From Eledone cirrhosa (Eukaryota), in contig OZ024763.1 of assembly GCA_964016885.1 (NCBI GenBank), forward strand, positions 3,038,001 through 3,102,000: a stretch of DNA of 64,000 nucleotides, written 5' to 3'. Shown here piece by piece: positions 37,820 through 50,360 of the stretch (within the stretch, counting starts at the first letter, position 1; every line of letters starts with the position of its first letter). Under the pieces are notes generated by a model. That model saw only the letters and a program-made list of their open reading frames with translations, was not told the DNA's origin and did not search any database. The position numbers and the translations under genes were made by a program.

Positions 37820-38712
37820 TACCTAGAGGAGATCTTTGATAGGATACCCCAATCTGTCATCTGGTGGTCCCTATGGAAACTAGGTGTTGAGGAATGGCTT
37901 GTGAGGACAGTGCAAACTTTGTACAGAGGTACTGTCAGAAAAGTCAGGGTAGGAATGTAGTTTAGTGAGGAATTCCAGGTACAAGTAGGAGTACATTAAG
38001 ATTCGGTCCTCAGCCCGCTCTTGTTCATTATAGTCCTCCAAGCCATAACAGAGGAGTTTAAGACTGGCTGCCCATAGGATCTTCTCTATGCTGATGATCT
38101 GGTTCTTATAGCAGAATCAGTAGAGGAGCTAGAGAATAAATTCTGGCTATGGAAATAGCAGTTGGAAGCAAGAGGACTGAGACTGAACCTAGCTAAGACA
38201 AAAGTGTTGATGAGTAGAAAAGAGGACAAAACTCTGATTCCGTTAGGGAAATGGCCATGTTCGATATGCAGAAAAGGAACTCGCATAAATTCTATAAAAT
38301 GCACACAATGCAGATCCTGGGTACACAAGAGATGTAGCGGGATAGCAGGCAAACTAACAGGTAGGGAGAAATATGTATGCAGTAGATGTACAGGGAAATT
38401 AGACAGTAGAAGTCACATTGATAGACACAGTTTTCAAATGCAGGAGGGCGCGATAGAAGTGGTGGATAGCTTCCGGTACCTAGGAGATCAGATTAGCATG
38501 GGAGAGGGGTGTTCTGAAGCCATAGTATCTAGAATGACGGGTTGGAATAAGTTTAGGGAGCTGCTTCCTCTGCTGACGAAGAAGGGTTTCTCTCTGCGTA
38601 TGAAAGGCTGGTTATATGATGCCTGCATGAGGAGCGCGATGCTGCATGGTAGTGAGACATGGGCATCAACTGCAGAGGATATGCGACGGCTGGAGAGAAA
38701 TGAAGCAAGCAT
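37820..38712 (+). mobile_element. Decayed RTE LINE RT with Cys/His (PHD-like) insertion
   Basis: LLYADDLVL motif ~38080-38107, WPCSICRKG..CTQCRSWVHKRCSG, FRYLGD, GWNKFRELLPLL, MLHGSETW; in-frame stops upstream. Confidence 0.9.
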
Positions 38713-38794
38713 TCTCCCCCTGGCTTCCCGATTATCTCCCCCTGGACGGCTGACGGAAATTATCTCCCCCTGGACGGAAATTATCTCCCCTGGA

Positions 38795-39085
38795 CGACCC
38801 CTTTTTCCTCCCGTTTCATCCACCTTTTCCTCTCCCTTTCCCCTCCTCCCCATTTCCTCCCCTTTTCTGCCACTTTGCTCTCTCTCTCCCTTTCATCCCC
38901 CTCCCTTTCTGCCCCCTTTCCTCCCCTTTCATCCCTCTTTTCACCCCTTTTCTCTCCCTTTCATCCTCCTTTTCCTCCCTCTTTTCACTCCCCCACTTTC
39001 TTGCCCCTTTCCACTCTCTCTCCCTTTCATCCCTCTTTTCACTGCTTTTCTTTCCCTCCCCCTTTTCTGCCCCTTCCCCCCTTTT
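38795..39085 (+). repeat. Short polypyrimidine tract
   Basis: C/T-dominated, similar in composition to 1-17020. Confidence 0.8.
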
Positions 39086-40129
39086 GTCACAGTGGGTGTA
39101 GCTCCACGCCACTAATTCCGAGTGTTATCTCACTGTCATACCGTTTCTATAAATATAACAGGGTATATAAGAAGAACTAGTATTTTGTAGATATATTCGA
39201 ATAGAAGGGGGTCGACTTGAGTGTCAGGTGGGACCCCTACAGAGGTACCAAACATCCACTGTCATCGCTCCCCGTTCTCTCACTATTATGAGAAAATAGG
39301 GTCCTTCGCTGGCCACCCCACAGCCCTGGTGGACAGAATAGAGAATGCGTTTCCCCGGAGAAGGGAGATGCCTATAATGTATATATATAAGTTTAGTAAT
39401 AATAATAAATGTGATGACTAAAATCCGAAGAGGACAATATATATATCAAATATATAAAAACCGTAGAGTTTCAGAAGATCCCGTTAAGTTAATATATATG
39501 TCTTCCTAATAAATGTAGCGGTCCTGACACAGGTATGGAGGTAAGTAATCTATATTTTTAATTATTCATTAAAGAAAAAAATATAAACGAAATGAATGGA
39601 GGTAATTCGTTCGGAATAGAGATTTTCATGAGAAAATTGTTAGTGTGTTGGTCTTGACGATATTTCTAATGAATATAATTTCATAATTTATAGAGAAAAA
39701 ATGGTTCAGAGGTCGAATCCCTCATCGTCACAATACCACCAATGCGCTAATAATTTTCTTGTAAAAATATCTCTACTCAGAACCCCAAATTACCTCCCTT
39801 CGTTTCGTTTATTTTTTTTTAAACAAAAATTGTGAAAAGTACCCATAAGTATGTGTTTGGAACTCAGTAGAATTGCGGCCTTCGAGGTGGCGCGCGAGCT
39901 GCGTCTCGGATCGCCAGTCCCAGTGACTGACGTTCGTTTCGTAGTGGCGTGCGACTGCTAAAAGGGCCTGGGACTGTCTGGGCCGGTACGTAGATACTGG
40001 CCCGTCCCAGACCACCTCGGAGAATCTTTTTGCTAAAAAAAACCTCGATTATCTCCCCTTGGATTTTACCTCCCTTGATTTTAAGAATTCATTCTCAGAA
40101 ACATACAAATTTTCTCTCGACATTTTGAA

Positions 40130-41435
40130 AAACGTAGGTTTCATGCAGATTTTATTTTGACACTTTCAAAAACACTCGTTTCATATAGATTTTTTTTCGA
40201 CTTTTCAAAAACACTCATTTCATATAGATTTTTTTTTCGACTTTTCAAAAACACCCGTTTCATATAGATTTTTTTTTCGACTTTTCAAAAACACCCGTTT
40301 CATATAGATTTTTTTTTCGACTTTTCAAAAACACCCGTTTCATATAGATTTTTTTTTCGACTTTTCAAAAACACTCATTTCATATAGATTTTTTTTTCGA
40401 CTTTTCAAAAACACCCGTTTCATATAGATTTTTTTTTCGACTTTTCAAAAACACTCATTTCATATAGATTTTTTTTTCGACTTTTCAAAAACACTCATTT
40501 CATATAGATTTTTTTTTCGACTTTTCAAAGACACCCGTTTCATATAGATTTTTTTTTCGACTTTTCAAAAACACCCGTTTCATATAGATTTTTTTTTCGA
40601 CTTTTCAAAAACACCCGTTTCATATAGATTTTTTTTTCGACTTTTCAAAAACACTCATTTCATATAGATTTTTTTTTCGACCTTTCAAAAACACTCATTT
40701 CATATAGATTTTTTTTTCGACTTTTCAAAAACACCCATTTCATATAGATTTTTTTTTCGACTTTTCAAAAACACCCATTGCATATAGATTTTTTTTTCGA
40801 CTTTTCAAAAACACTCATTTCATATAGATTTTTTTTTCGACTTTTCAAAGACACCCGTTTCATATAGATTTTTTTTTCGACTTTTCAAAAACACCCATTT
40901 CATATAGATTTTTTTTTCGACTTTTCAAAAACACTCATTTCATATAGATTTTTTTTTCGACTTTTCAAAAACACTCATTTCATATAGATTTTTTTTTCGA
41001 CTTTTCAAAAACACCCATTTCATATAGATTTTTTTTTCGACTTTTCAAAAACACCCGTTTCATATAGATTTTTTTTTCGACTTTTCAAAAACACCCGTTT
41101 CATATAGATTTTTTTTTCGACTTTTCAAAAACACCCGTTTCATATAGATTTTTTTTTCGACTTTTCAAAAACACCCATTTCATATAGATTTTTTTTTCGA
41201 CTTTTCAAAAACACCCATTTCATATAGATTTTTTTTTCGACTTTTCAAAAACACCCGTTTCATATAGATTTTTTTTTCGACTTTTCAAAAACACCCGTTT
41301 CATATAGATTTTTTTTTCGACTTTTCAAAAACACTCATTTCATATAGATTTTTTTTTCGACTTTTCAAAAACACCCATTTCATATAGATTTTTTTTTGAC
41401 AATTTTAAAAACACTCGTTTCATACAGATTTTTTT
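40130..41435 (+). repeat. 40-bp satellite (CATATAGATTTTTTTTTCGACTTTTCAAAAACACYCRTTT), ~31-32 copies
   Basis: Exact period 40 from 40201 to ~41400; variation almost restricted to the acacYcRtt positions. Confidence 0.97.
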
Positions 41436-41439
41436 TTAG

Positions 41440-41650
41440 ACACTTGATTTAGATTCTTAGTTTCTTTTTTTAGACACTTCACTTATATGCTTGGTTTCTT
41501 TTTAGACACTTTATTTAGATTCTTAGTTTCTTTTTTTAGACACTTCACTTACATTCTTGGTTTCTTTTTAGACTCTTAGTTTCTTTTTTTAGACACTTCA
41601 CTTACATTCTTAGTTTCTTTTTACACACTTCATTTACATTTTTAATTTCA
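41440..41650 (+). repeat. Degenerate ~33-bp repeat (ttttagacacttcacttacattcttagtttc); inverted copy at ~45601-45677
   Basis: Direct reading of both loci. Confidence 0.75.
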
Positions 41651-42534
41651 TCTTGGAATCTTATTATTCAAGGGAGACAACTCATATTTATGAAGAGTTA
41701 TCTCCCTTTAATAAAGGGAGACAACTCGTTATAATCAAGAGTTGTCTCCCTTTATCAAAAAAAAAAAAAAAAACTGTTACTTCCCTTTCGACAGTGGATT
41801 TTTGTTTTATACAGTTCTTTAGATGACAAGAGCTATTTATAACTCGTATATATTATGTAGAGGTTTCTTTAACAGAAACTTTAAAGCTACAAGCCAATCT
41901 TTTTTGTCAAAATAAACTAAACATAACTCGTATTTAGAGTGTAAAGATGTCTTTATTCACTAAATAATATTTAAAGATTTCTTTTATTAACAGTCACTTC
42001 ATCGCTGTTCAGGAAACTTGGACTTGTAAATACTTTCAGTGGTTGCAGCGACCTAGAAGGCTGGACATCTGTAAGAAAGATGAAAGTCATTTATATACAT
42101 TGTCAATAAAATAAATGTTAAACTTTATAAAATTTTACTATAAGATGTATACATAATAAAATATATTTTAAATATGTTGTCAATAAAAAGAAATTAAACT
42201 TTATCAAATTCTTCCGACTTTGTCTTTTACTATGTATATGCATTTAAGTACAGAAGAGAGGAAAACCTGTTCCTACGTTGGGTACATTAAATGAGACGGT
42301 TACTGCGTTGAGCAAGGTGTACTCGTGGTCAAACCTGTCCGGGTGGCATCAAAGAGGCCGAGCTGGTTCTATGTCACGTAGGTTAAAAGTTAAGCGTTCA
42401 TATATATACCTAGAAACAAAACTATTAAATGAACAGAAAGGGATCAAGCAACAAACGGAGGGGGGACAGATATTACACCGAAGTCTGAGCCACAGACGAA
42501 AGGGGAAAGAAAGGAATTACTGGGGACAATGGCC

Positions 42535-43150
42535 AGAGACATCCATTACAACAGCCAACCTCTGGGACTCCCACATCGAGTGGGGCCATTGTCTTTCTGG
42601 GTGTGAAAGGCGGATTCTCACAGCTGACATTGAACGAAGAATCCAGTCATTCGAGCACAATTTTATTTCATTATATATATATATATACATACACACACAT
42701 GGTCAACGATCTGTGCAGCTAGTTTGTCTACCAACATATGAAAGAATTATAATTATACATCTCCTATATATTTTGTCTGAGGGGGACATGTTTTGCTTTA
42801 TATTATACATAAAACTTCTATATAATAAAATAAATAAAGATGAAATAAAGTATATATCTTTCGTTTATTACTAGAAGTCTATGTACACAGAGACATCCGT
42901 TACAACAGCCAACCTCTGGGACTCCCACATCAAGTTGGGCCACTGTCTTTCTGGGTGTGAAAGGCGGATTCTCACAGCTGACATTGAACGAAGAATCCAG
43001 TCATTCGAGCACAAGTCCTTCAGAAGGCTGCTACACACCCTTGTACACAGAGCACAAGTCCTTTAGAAGGCTGCTACACACCCTTGTACACAGAGCACAA
43101 GTCCTTTAGAAGGCTGCTACACATCTTGTACACAGAGCACAAGTCCATCA
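42535..43150 (+). mobile_element. Two duplicated RTE(BovB-like) ORF fragments with tandem tail duplications
   Basis: GCERRILTADIERRIQSFEHK(SFRRLLH) at ~42590 and ~42950; spacer 42660-42885 is duplicated again at ~43300-43505. Confidence 0.7.
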
Positions 43151-43969
43151 GGCAGTACCGGTGGCACCCCAACCAATAGCAGCACCAGTTACCGGGGAAC
43201 ATGTTGACAAAGTCCTTCAAAATAAATTTACAACAAAACACGAGGATATGAAAGGAACAAGAAATATATTTAACAACTTAAATAAAAAATAAACGTTAAA
43301 TTTTATTTCATTATATATATATACATACACACACATGGTCAACGATCTGTGCAGCTAGTTTGTCTACCAACATATGAAAGAATTATAATTATACATCTCC
43401 TATATATTTTGTCTGAGGGGGGACATGTTTTGCTTTATATTATACATAAAATAAATAAAGATGAAATAAAATATATATCTTTCGTTTATTACTAGAAGTC
43501 TATGTACACGTATGTGTATATATTTAAATATATACACATACATGTACGAACATACAAGTATATTATATTTATATAAACACATATGTATGTATATATATAT
43601 CCGACTATGTTCAAAAAGTGTATCTTTTGACATCATATATATACATTAAAATATATACCTATAGAAAAGTATATATAATACATTAGAAGTATATATATAC
43701 CTATAAAAGTGTATATATATAAATTAGTGAAATCTGTGGAGTTATATTATAACTATATATATATTAGTGAGATTTGTGGAGGTGTTATAATATAAACACC
43801 AGCACGTGGATGTGTCACCGTAGCTAAACTGTCGTTTAAATAATTATTCATGACAAAATGGAGGGAAATAAAGAGAGAATGTTTCAATAAAACTTTACTT
43901 TACCTCCGTAAAAATGGTAAAATCCGAGTGTTTAAAGTTTTTTATTCAGCTTAGAAAATATCGACTTTT

Positions 43970-44046
43970 TCCAGCGGCCATTTTAGCTTTACTAAACAGA
44001 GTTACTTCAATTGCGCAAAGGTTTGGTCTTCAAAGCGCATGCGCGA
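43970..44046 (-). promoter_or_regulatory. Putative housekeeping-type promoter with NRF1-like and YY1-like motifs
   Basis: GCGCATGCGC at 44035-44044; minus-strand AAAATGGCCGC at ~43973-43983; minus donor GAG|GTAAAG at ~43903. Confidence 0.5.
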
Positions 44047-44179
44047 AGTGTGTGTGTATATATATACATGTATAGATATATATATATATATAAAAAAAAG
44101 GATCGATCGACTTTCGTCAAATCGGACCAAGGAAACAATGTTTTCGTCGGTCTTTCCAGTTGCTAATACTATCTATCGG

Positions 44180-44320
44180 TCGCAACTCCAGGTAGAAGGA
44201 GCAACGTGAAATAAAGTGTCTTGCTCAAGGACATAACGCATCGCCCGGTCCAGGAATTGAACTCACAATCTCAAGATTGTGAATCCAATTCTCTAACCAC
44301 TCAGCCACACACCTTCACTA
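44180..44320 (-). mobile_element. CORE-type SINE
   Basis: Reverse complement of gtggttagagaattgg..gagttcaattcc..ccttgagcaagacactttatttcac. Confidence 0.75.
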
Positions 44321-44474
44321 TATACATGTATATATACACTATATACATGTATATATATACTATATACATGTATATATATATACTATATACATACCTATAT
44401 ATATATACTATATACACGTGGGAAAGTAAAAAATCGGAGAATAGACCGTTAAAACATGTTTATTTAAAACAGCA

Positions 44475-44509
44475 CCTACGTACGTTTCGCCCAGTTGGGC
44501 TTCTCAAGG
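44475..44509 (-). ncRNA. Minimal (Penelope-type) hammerhead ribozyme variant
   Basis: Minus strand CC-TTGAGAA-GCCCA(ac)TGGGC-GAAA-CGTACG-TA-GG with palindromic stem III, 300 bp downstream of a GIY-YIG ORF on the same strand. Confidence 0.6.
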
Positions 44510-44806
44510 GCATAAATAATCACAAGTTTTCCTTATATTGCTCGGAAAGAGTTTTTGGGGTTAAATCCACATCAAGGTTCATTGCTCGCAAAAATATCTT
44601 GTTTTGATTTTGCAGCAGGTCAAGGGAAGTAACTCTGGCCGGTATTAGGGCAGTCTTTCCCGGACAATTTTTTTTTTTTTGCCGCATCCGTTTGTCTGAG
44701 GCTGGGTCTGGTATGCAAGGATTGTTTCCTGGGTGTTATTTTGCAGCGCCTGCCCGCCGGGGTGTTAAGACTTGTTGCAGGGAGATCCAGTGTACTGTTT
44801 CACTCT

Positions 44807-45247
44807 TTAGCTGAAGAAGGATATTTTTAAGCGATGTGTACAACCTATCGGTGTTTCAGCTCTGCTGTTGATGAGCTCGTGGGGTGCAGTTATGATGTGG
44901 TAGAGCTCGATGAGGCAAAGATCGCATTTCCTCTTGAAGTTGTACGGTGCAGCCCTGCCGACAATCTCCCAGTGCGTGGAGAAGCTGATGTTTAAGTCCT
45001 TTAGTGATGTGATGTAGTCCGCGAGCGAAGTGAAGTGACTTAGTTTTCTATTTGTGAAAGAGTGGAGATGTGTTCGAAACCTAATTTTGAACGGGCCGGA
45101 GGTGGCCCCTATATAATGTTTAACGCTATTGTGGCTAGTAATAGTGCATCTATATATAACCCTATCAGTCAAGCAGTATCCTCTAAGGGGGCAGCGTCCT
45201 CTGTCGCGGTAGTTGCAATTTCTGTCGCGGTTCCGTCTATTTCCCAC
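44807..45247 (-). mobile_element. Penelope-like element, GIY-YIG endonuclease (3' part)
   Basis: CPLRGYCLTDRVIYRC..YIGAT..FKIRFRTHLHSF..TSLADYI..KCDLCLIELYHI..LINSRAE..CTHR matches the PLE C-terminal EN layout. Confidence 0.85.
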
Positions 45248-45679
45248 TAAATATTAACACTTTGAATATTTAATACTGCCGGCACTAGTATCGAGCACCT
45301 TTGGCATACGCTACTTGGCAAATAACTATATGTATCACCTATCCCCCCTTTTTTTCCTCTTTCTCGATACGTAAATACTATATACATATATATATACATG
45401 TATATATATTATATACATGTATATATATATACTATATATATATATATATATACTATATACATGTATATATATATATATACTATATACATATATATACTAT
45501 ATAAATATACTATATATATATATGGTATACATATATATAGTATATATATAGTGTATATACATATATATATATAATTATAGTATATATACTGTATATACAT
45601 AAAAATGTAAATGAAGTGTCTAAAAAAAGAAACTAAGAATCTAAATAAAGTGTCTAAAAAGAAACCAAGAATGTAAGTT

Positions 45680-47010
45680 TACACCTGTTTGATGGGTGGA
45701 CTGCGGAATTTGGAAAGTCTAAACACTCAATGACAATGTCACAGATAAAGATAAATTCACCTCCCGCTGCAAGACGAGAATACAAGGACCCCTCTTTATT
45801 TCAGACACAGATGACCAACAAAATCCCATCTCCCACAACCCATCCATCTCACCCTCCCCACTTCAGAGTTGGTACCATGAACATAGGCACATTGAAAGGT
45901 CGCTCAAATGAGGTTGTAGAGATGCTTGAACGTAAGGAAGTTGATGTTTGTTGTATTCAAGAGACTAGGTGGAGAGGTGGGTCTGCCAGATTCATCGTGG
46001 TTTTAAAACGATGCTATAAACTTTTCTGAGTGGGAAATGACAACGGACTGGGCGCAGCAGGAATTATGTTAGCTGAAAAATGGGTAGATAAGGTAATTGA
46101 CATAAATAGAGTGAATGACAGAATAAGACTAGTTCTAAATAGAACTACTGTGACAATGAGACGCTAATGCACACTACCTCCCAAATAACCCACAGGGACT
46201 ACTTAATTATTGCTGGCGACCTAAACAGTCACGTTGGACAACATAGTAATGGCTATGATGGAATCCATGGAGGCTATGGGGTTGGAAATATAAATGAGGA
46301 GGGCTTCAGAATCCTGGAATTCTGTGACGCTAATAACCTAACTACCTGTAACACAAACTTCAAAATAAGAGAAAACCACCTATAGATCAGGGGAACACGC
46401 CAGCCAGATAGATTATATCCTTACTAGAAGACGTGACAAAGTGTCTGTTGTAAACACTAAATCCCTCCCCCATGAGGAATGCACCTCCCAACATAGCCTA
46501 GTAATTAGTGACGTCATAGTCAGGAATAGATGTACTCGATGTCAGAGGAGGCCTACCTTGAGGAGAAGAATATAGAAGTTGAAGTACCCCATAGCCAGTG
46601 ACAAATTTAAAAGCTTATTACTTGATGCCTTTGACAATAAGGAAGGGCAATTAGAGACGTGCAATATAGAGGAACAGTGGGAATTCTTGAAAATGAACCT
46701 GCTGAAAGCAACGGATGAAATCTGTGGCTGGAGCAGACCTATTGGCAGGAGGAGAGTAACTTCGTGGTGGAGGAGACAATCAAGGCCAAAAAGCAGGCTT
46801 GGAAAGTATGGCAGGATGGGGGAAGTAGAGAACACTATCAAGTCGCCAGGAGACAAGCGTACCTTGCAAAAAGGGAAGCAGAAGATAGAACTGATTAGAT
46901 AAATTCCAACCTTACACACTTGCACCACGATCTTTGGCGCTACGCAGTAATACAGAAGACTCGCCTTGCCTATGTACAAAGTGAAACCTACAGTCAGTAG
47001 GCACCTCTTA
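45680..47010 (+). mobile_element. Internally deleted RTE LINE: APE endonuclease fused to the element 3' tail
   Basis: GTMNIGTL, CCIQETRW, AGDLNSHVG and QIDYIL APE motifs with stops; 46895-47010 matches the RTE tail at ~57970-58103. Confidence 0.85.
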
Positions 47011-47093
47011 TATATATAAATATATGTACCATATATACATATTATATATAAATATATGTTCATTTACTATATATACAGATGACATATATATAT

Positions 47094-47131
<38 letters not shown>

Positions 47132-49174
47132 GATATATATATATCTATCTATATATATATCAATATAATATATTATAAAGTAAGAAGAAATATTAGACAT
47201 AAATAAATACCCATTTTTTCTTCAAATTCCCGACTCATAATCATAGACCAACACTGGTTAAGGTTTACAACACACAATCTCACATCCTTATGAAAAATGT
47301 ATGTGTATATATGCATGTATATACATATATTTGTGTACCTCTCATTATTGTATATCTCTCTCTCTCTATATATATATACTATATAGATATAGATATATAT
47401 ATATATGTATATATATATTAATACAACAGGTTAAATATTAAACGAAGGTTCGCTGCTTTCACCCTTAACGGGATCTTCTGAAACCAACAAATAATAAATA
47501 TTTGATATTTATCCTTATTGAACCCTCTTTATTATTATTACCATATATATTTAATTATGTTTTTTGGTATATATATATATATGGGATAACAAGTTATCGT
47601 TATAGGTAATCCATAATTCACTAGTTCTTTCGCTGTTTTGGTATTGTATGGTTGGGTTTTGCCTACCGCAATTTTCAATTTGTCAAGCTATTTAAACGTA
47701 TGTTATTACTCTAAGGACCTACCCTTATTGAGTGCTTTGCTACCCATTCCTTATTGTAGGTCGACTTTGCTTGGCCACAGCCAAAGCTTCGATGTTACTA
47801 AGCTTCCACTTGTATATATATATAATAAAGTACTCACCTTGGGTTGAACAACAATAGCAGCCAGATTTGATCACCGAAACCCTGCTGACCTTGGGTTAAA
47901 AAAATAGCAGCCAGATGTGATCATAGCATTTCTCTGGAAAATCAAATGGTTTACAAATTTCTAATTGTCTCCCTTAGACCATGAAATTCTTGAAAATCTT
48001 AAATTGTGACTCTCCCACTGAATTTTTTCCTAATAACTTCCTTAATAATTAACATTTTGTTATCAAATTTCGTATAGATATGTATTAATGGCTGGAAATA
48101 TTGATCCCTGCGATTAAAGTGAAATATATCTTTTATGGGGTTTGTAGGAGGCTTAGAATTTATGGTTAGAGATAGATTTACATGTATATTTGAGGAATTT
48201 ATTTAGGATGGGAAAACTCGGGTGAGAATGTTTTTAGATATTATTAAAAGGTAGGAGATAATTCAGTTAACATATTTTCGAAAATTTGACCAAAGGGGGA
48301 AATATTTCAGGTGAGAAAATAAAAAAATAAAAATGATTTCAAGTTGAGATAATAGAGGTTAGAAAATGCTAAAACATTTAAATAAAGGGGATACAATTCA
48401 TGTGGGAATAAGTAATTAAAAGGGACATTATTCAATCGAGAATATTCTAAAATATTTGATTAAAGATTAGCTTGAATTTGGGTGAAAAAATACTGACAAA
48501 ATTAATTAAGGGATAACTTTGCCTTTCATCCATTTAAGGTCGATTCAGAAACTACCAGTTAAATACTGGGGTCGATTCTTCCTTTCTATTTTTCTCTAGA
48601 CGAAATTGGCCTTGGAGAGGAGATTAGCTCTGCCAGGTTTTAAAATGCCCGAGGAACGCCATTCAATATGGCGCCAACACCATTCCTTCAAGATGATGGT
48701 TCCATACATAGAGTTTGAGCGAAAAAATTATTTTAAGAATAATGAAAGAGGACATATTTCTGGCGAGAATATACTAAAATATTTAATGAAAGGGGAAATA
48801 ATTCAGACAAGAAATTATACTAGCCACACTCACTATAGTAGCAACATCCATTATATGCTGTGTAATCAGTGACATTCTTTGAAACCTGGGGTAGCAGCAG
48901 AGGATGATCTATGTAATTTAATAAATATATAGTATTCTCTACTTTGCTATTGAGCAGACTTTCTTCGTGTTTGTAAGTCTAATCGTACAGATATATTATG
49001 TATGTCGGTGTATATATATATATGAATATATACACACACACACACATATAAATATAAATATATATACACACACACATATATATATGTATATACACATACA
49101 CACACGTATATATACATACATATATACATATATATACATATATGTATATATATATACACACACATATATATATA

Positions 49175-49420
49175 TCATCATCATCGTTTAACGTCCATAT
49201 TCCACGCTTGCATGGGTTTGGACGGGAGTTTTCCCACTTGAGGCAAGAGTGGTTGTCTTGCTCGCCTAGGACTGTCTGGCTGGATGCCCTTCCTACCACC
49301 AACCACATTTACAGTGTGGAACTGGGAGGTTTTTACCGTGTTACCTACACGGCCACATTACAGCGTGGACTGTGTTTTTTTGTCGTGACACCTACATGAC
49401 CTCATTTGTTTCGGGCTGGA
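49175..49420 (-). mobile_element. SINE with RTE-like (GAT)n tail
   Basis: Reverse complement of 58160-58410. Confidence 0.75.
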
Positions 49421-49769
49421 TGTTATATATATATATATATATACAATATATTAACAAATAGAAACTATATTTATAAAACCATATTTATTTCATTATACAT
49501 ATTTCAAGGGCCACCAAGGCAGATTATGGTGCGCTTTCATCAGATAAAATATAATACAGATTAGTTATAAATGAATATTGACATACCCTGAAAAAATGCA
49601 ACCTTAACGGTTGGAGCTTCCTGGATATATATATACATACATATATATATATATGGATAAATACTATTACACAAATATGACCCTCCCCAAGTATAACGAT
49701 ATAAACATGGATATATATATATACATACAGTTATATATATATAAATATACACACATATATATATATAGG

Positions 49770-50340
49770 AGGGTCTTCCGAGGCCATAGTATCTAAAATA
49801 AGGACGGGTTGGAAGAAGTTTAGGGAGCTGCTTCCTCTGTTGACAAAGAAGGGTTTCTCCCTGCATATGAAAGGACGGTTATATGATGCCTGTGTGAGAT
49901 GCGCAATGCTGCATGGTAGTGAGACATGGGCAGCAACAACAGAAGATATGCGATGGCTGGGGTGAAATGAAGCAAGCATGTTCTGTTGGATGTGCAATAC
50001 CAATGTACGTGAACAACCAAGCATAGATGAGTTGAGAAAGAAACTGGGTGTAAGAGGGATAAGTTGTGGTGTGCAGGAGAGAAGGCTGAGATGGTATGGA
50101 CATGTGATGTGCATGGAGGATGACCACTGGGTAAAGAAGTGCCAAGAAATCCCAGTAGAAGGAAGACGCAGTAGAAGGAGACTACAAAAAAATTGGGCGG
50201 AGGTGGTGAGGGCAGACCTCAGATCGCTGAAACTCACCGGGGAGATGACGAAGGACCGTGACAAGTGGAGAGATGCTGTGCTGAATAGGACCAGTCCAAC
50301 GCTTGCAAGCAGACGAAAATGATGATGATGATGATGATGA
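49770..50340 (+). mobile_element. 5'-truncated RTE LINE 3' end
   Basis: GWKKFRELLPLL, ERRLRWYGHV and DRDKWRDAV motifs, (GAT)n tail. Confidence 0.9.
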
Positions 50341-50360
50341 TATATATATATATATATATA

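Noticed and set aside
40130-41435. 40-bp (and 53-, 60-bp) arrays as CRISPR repeats
   Set aside because: Head-to-tail units with no unique spacers.
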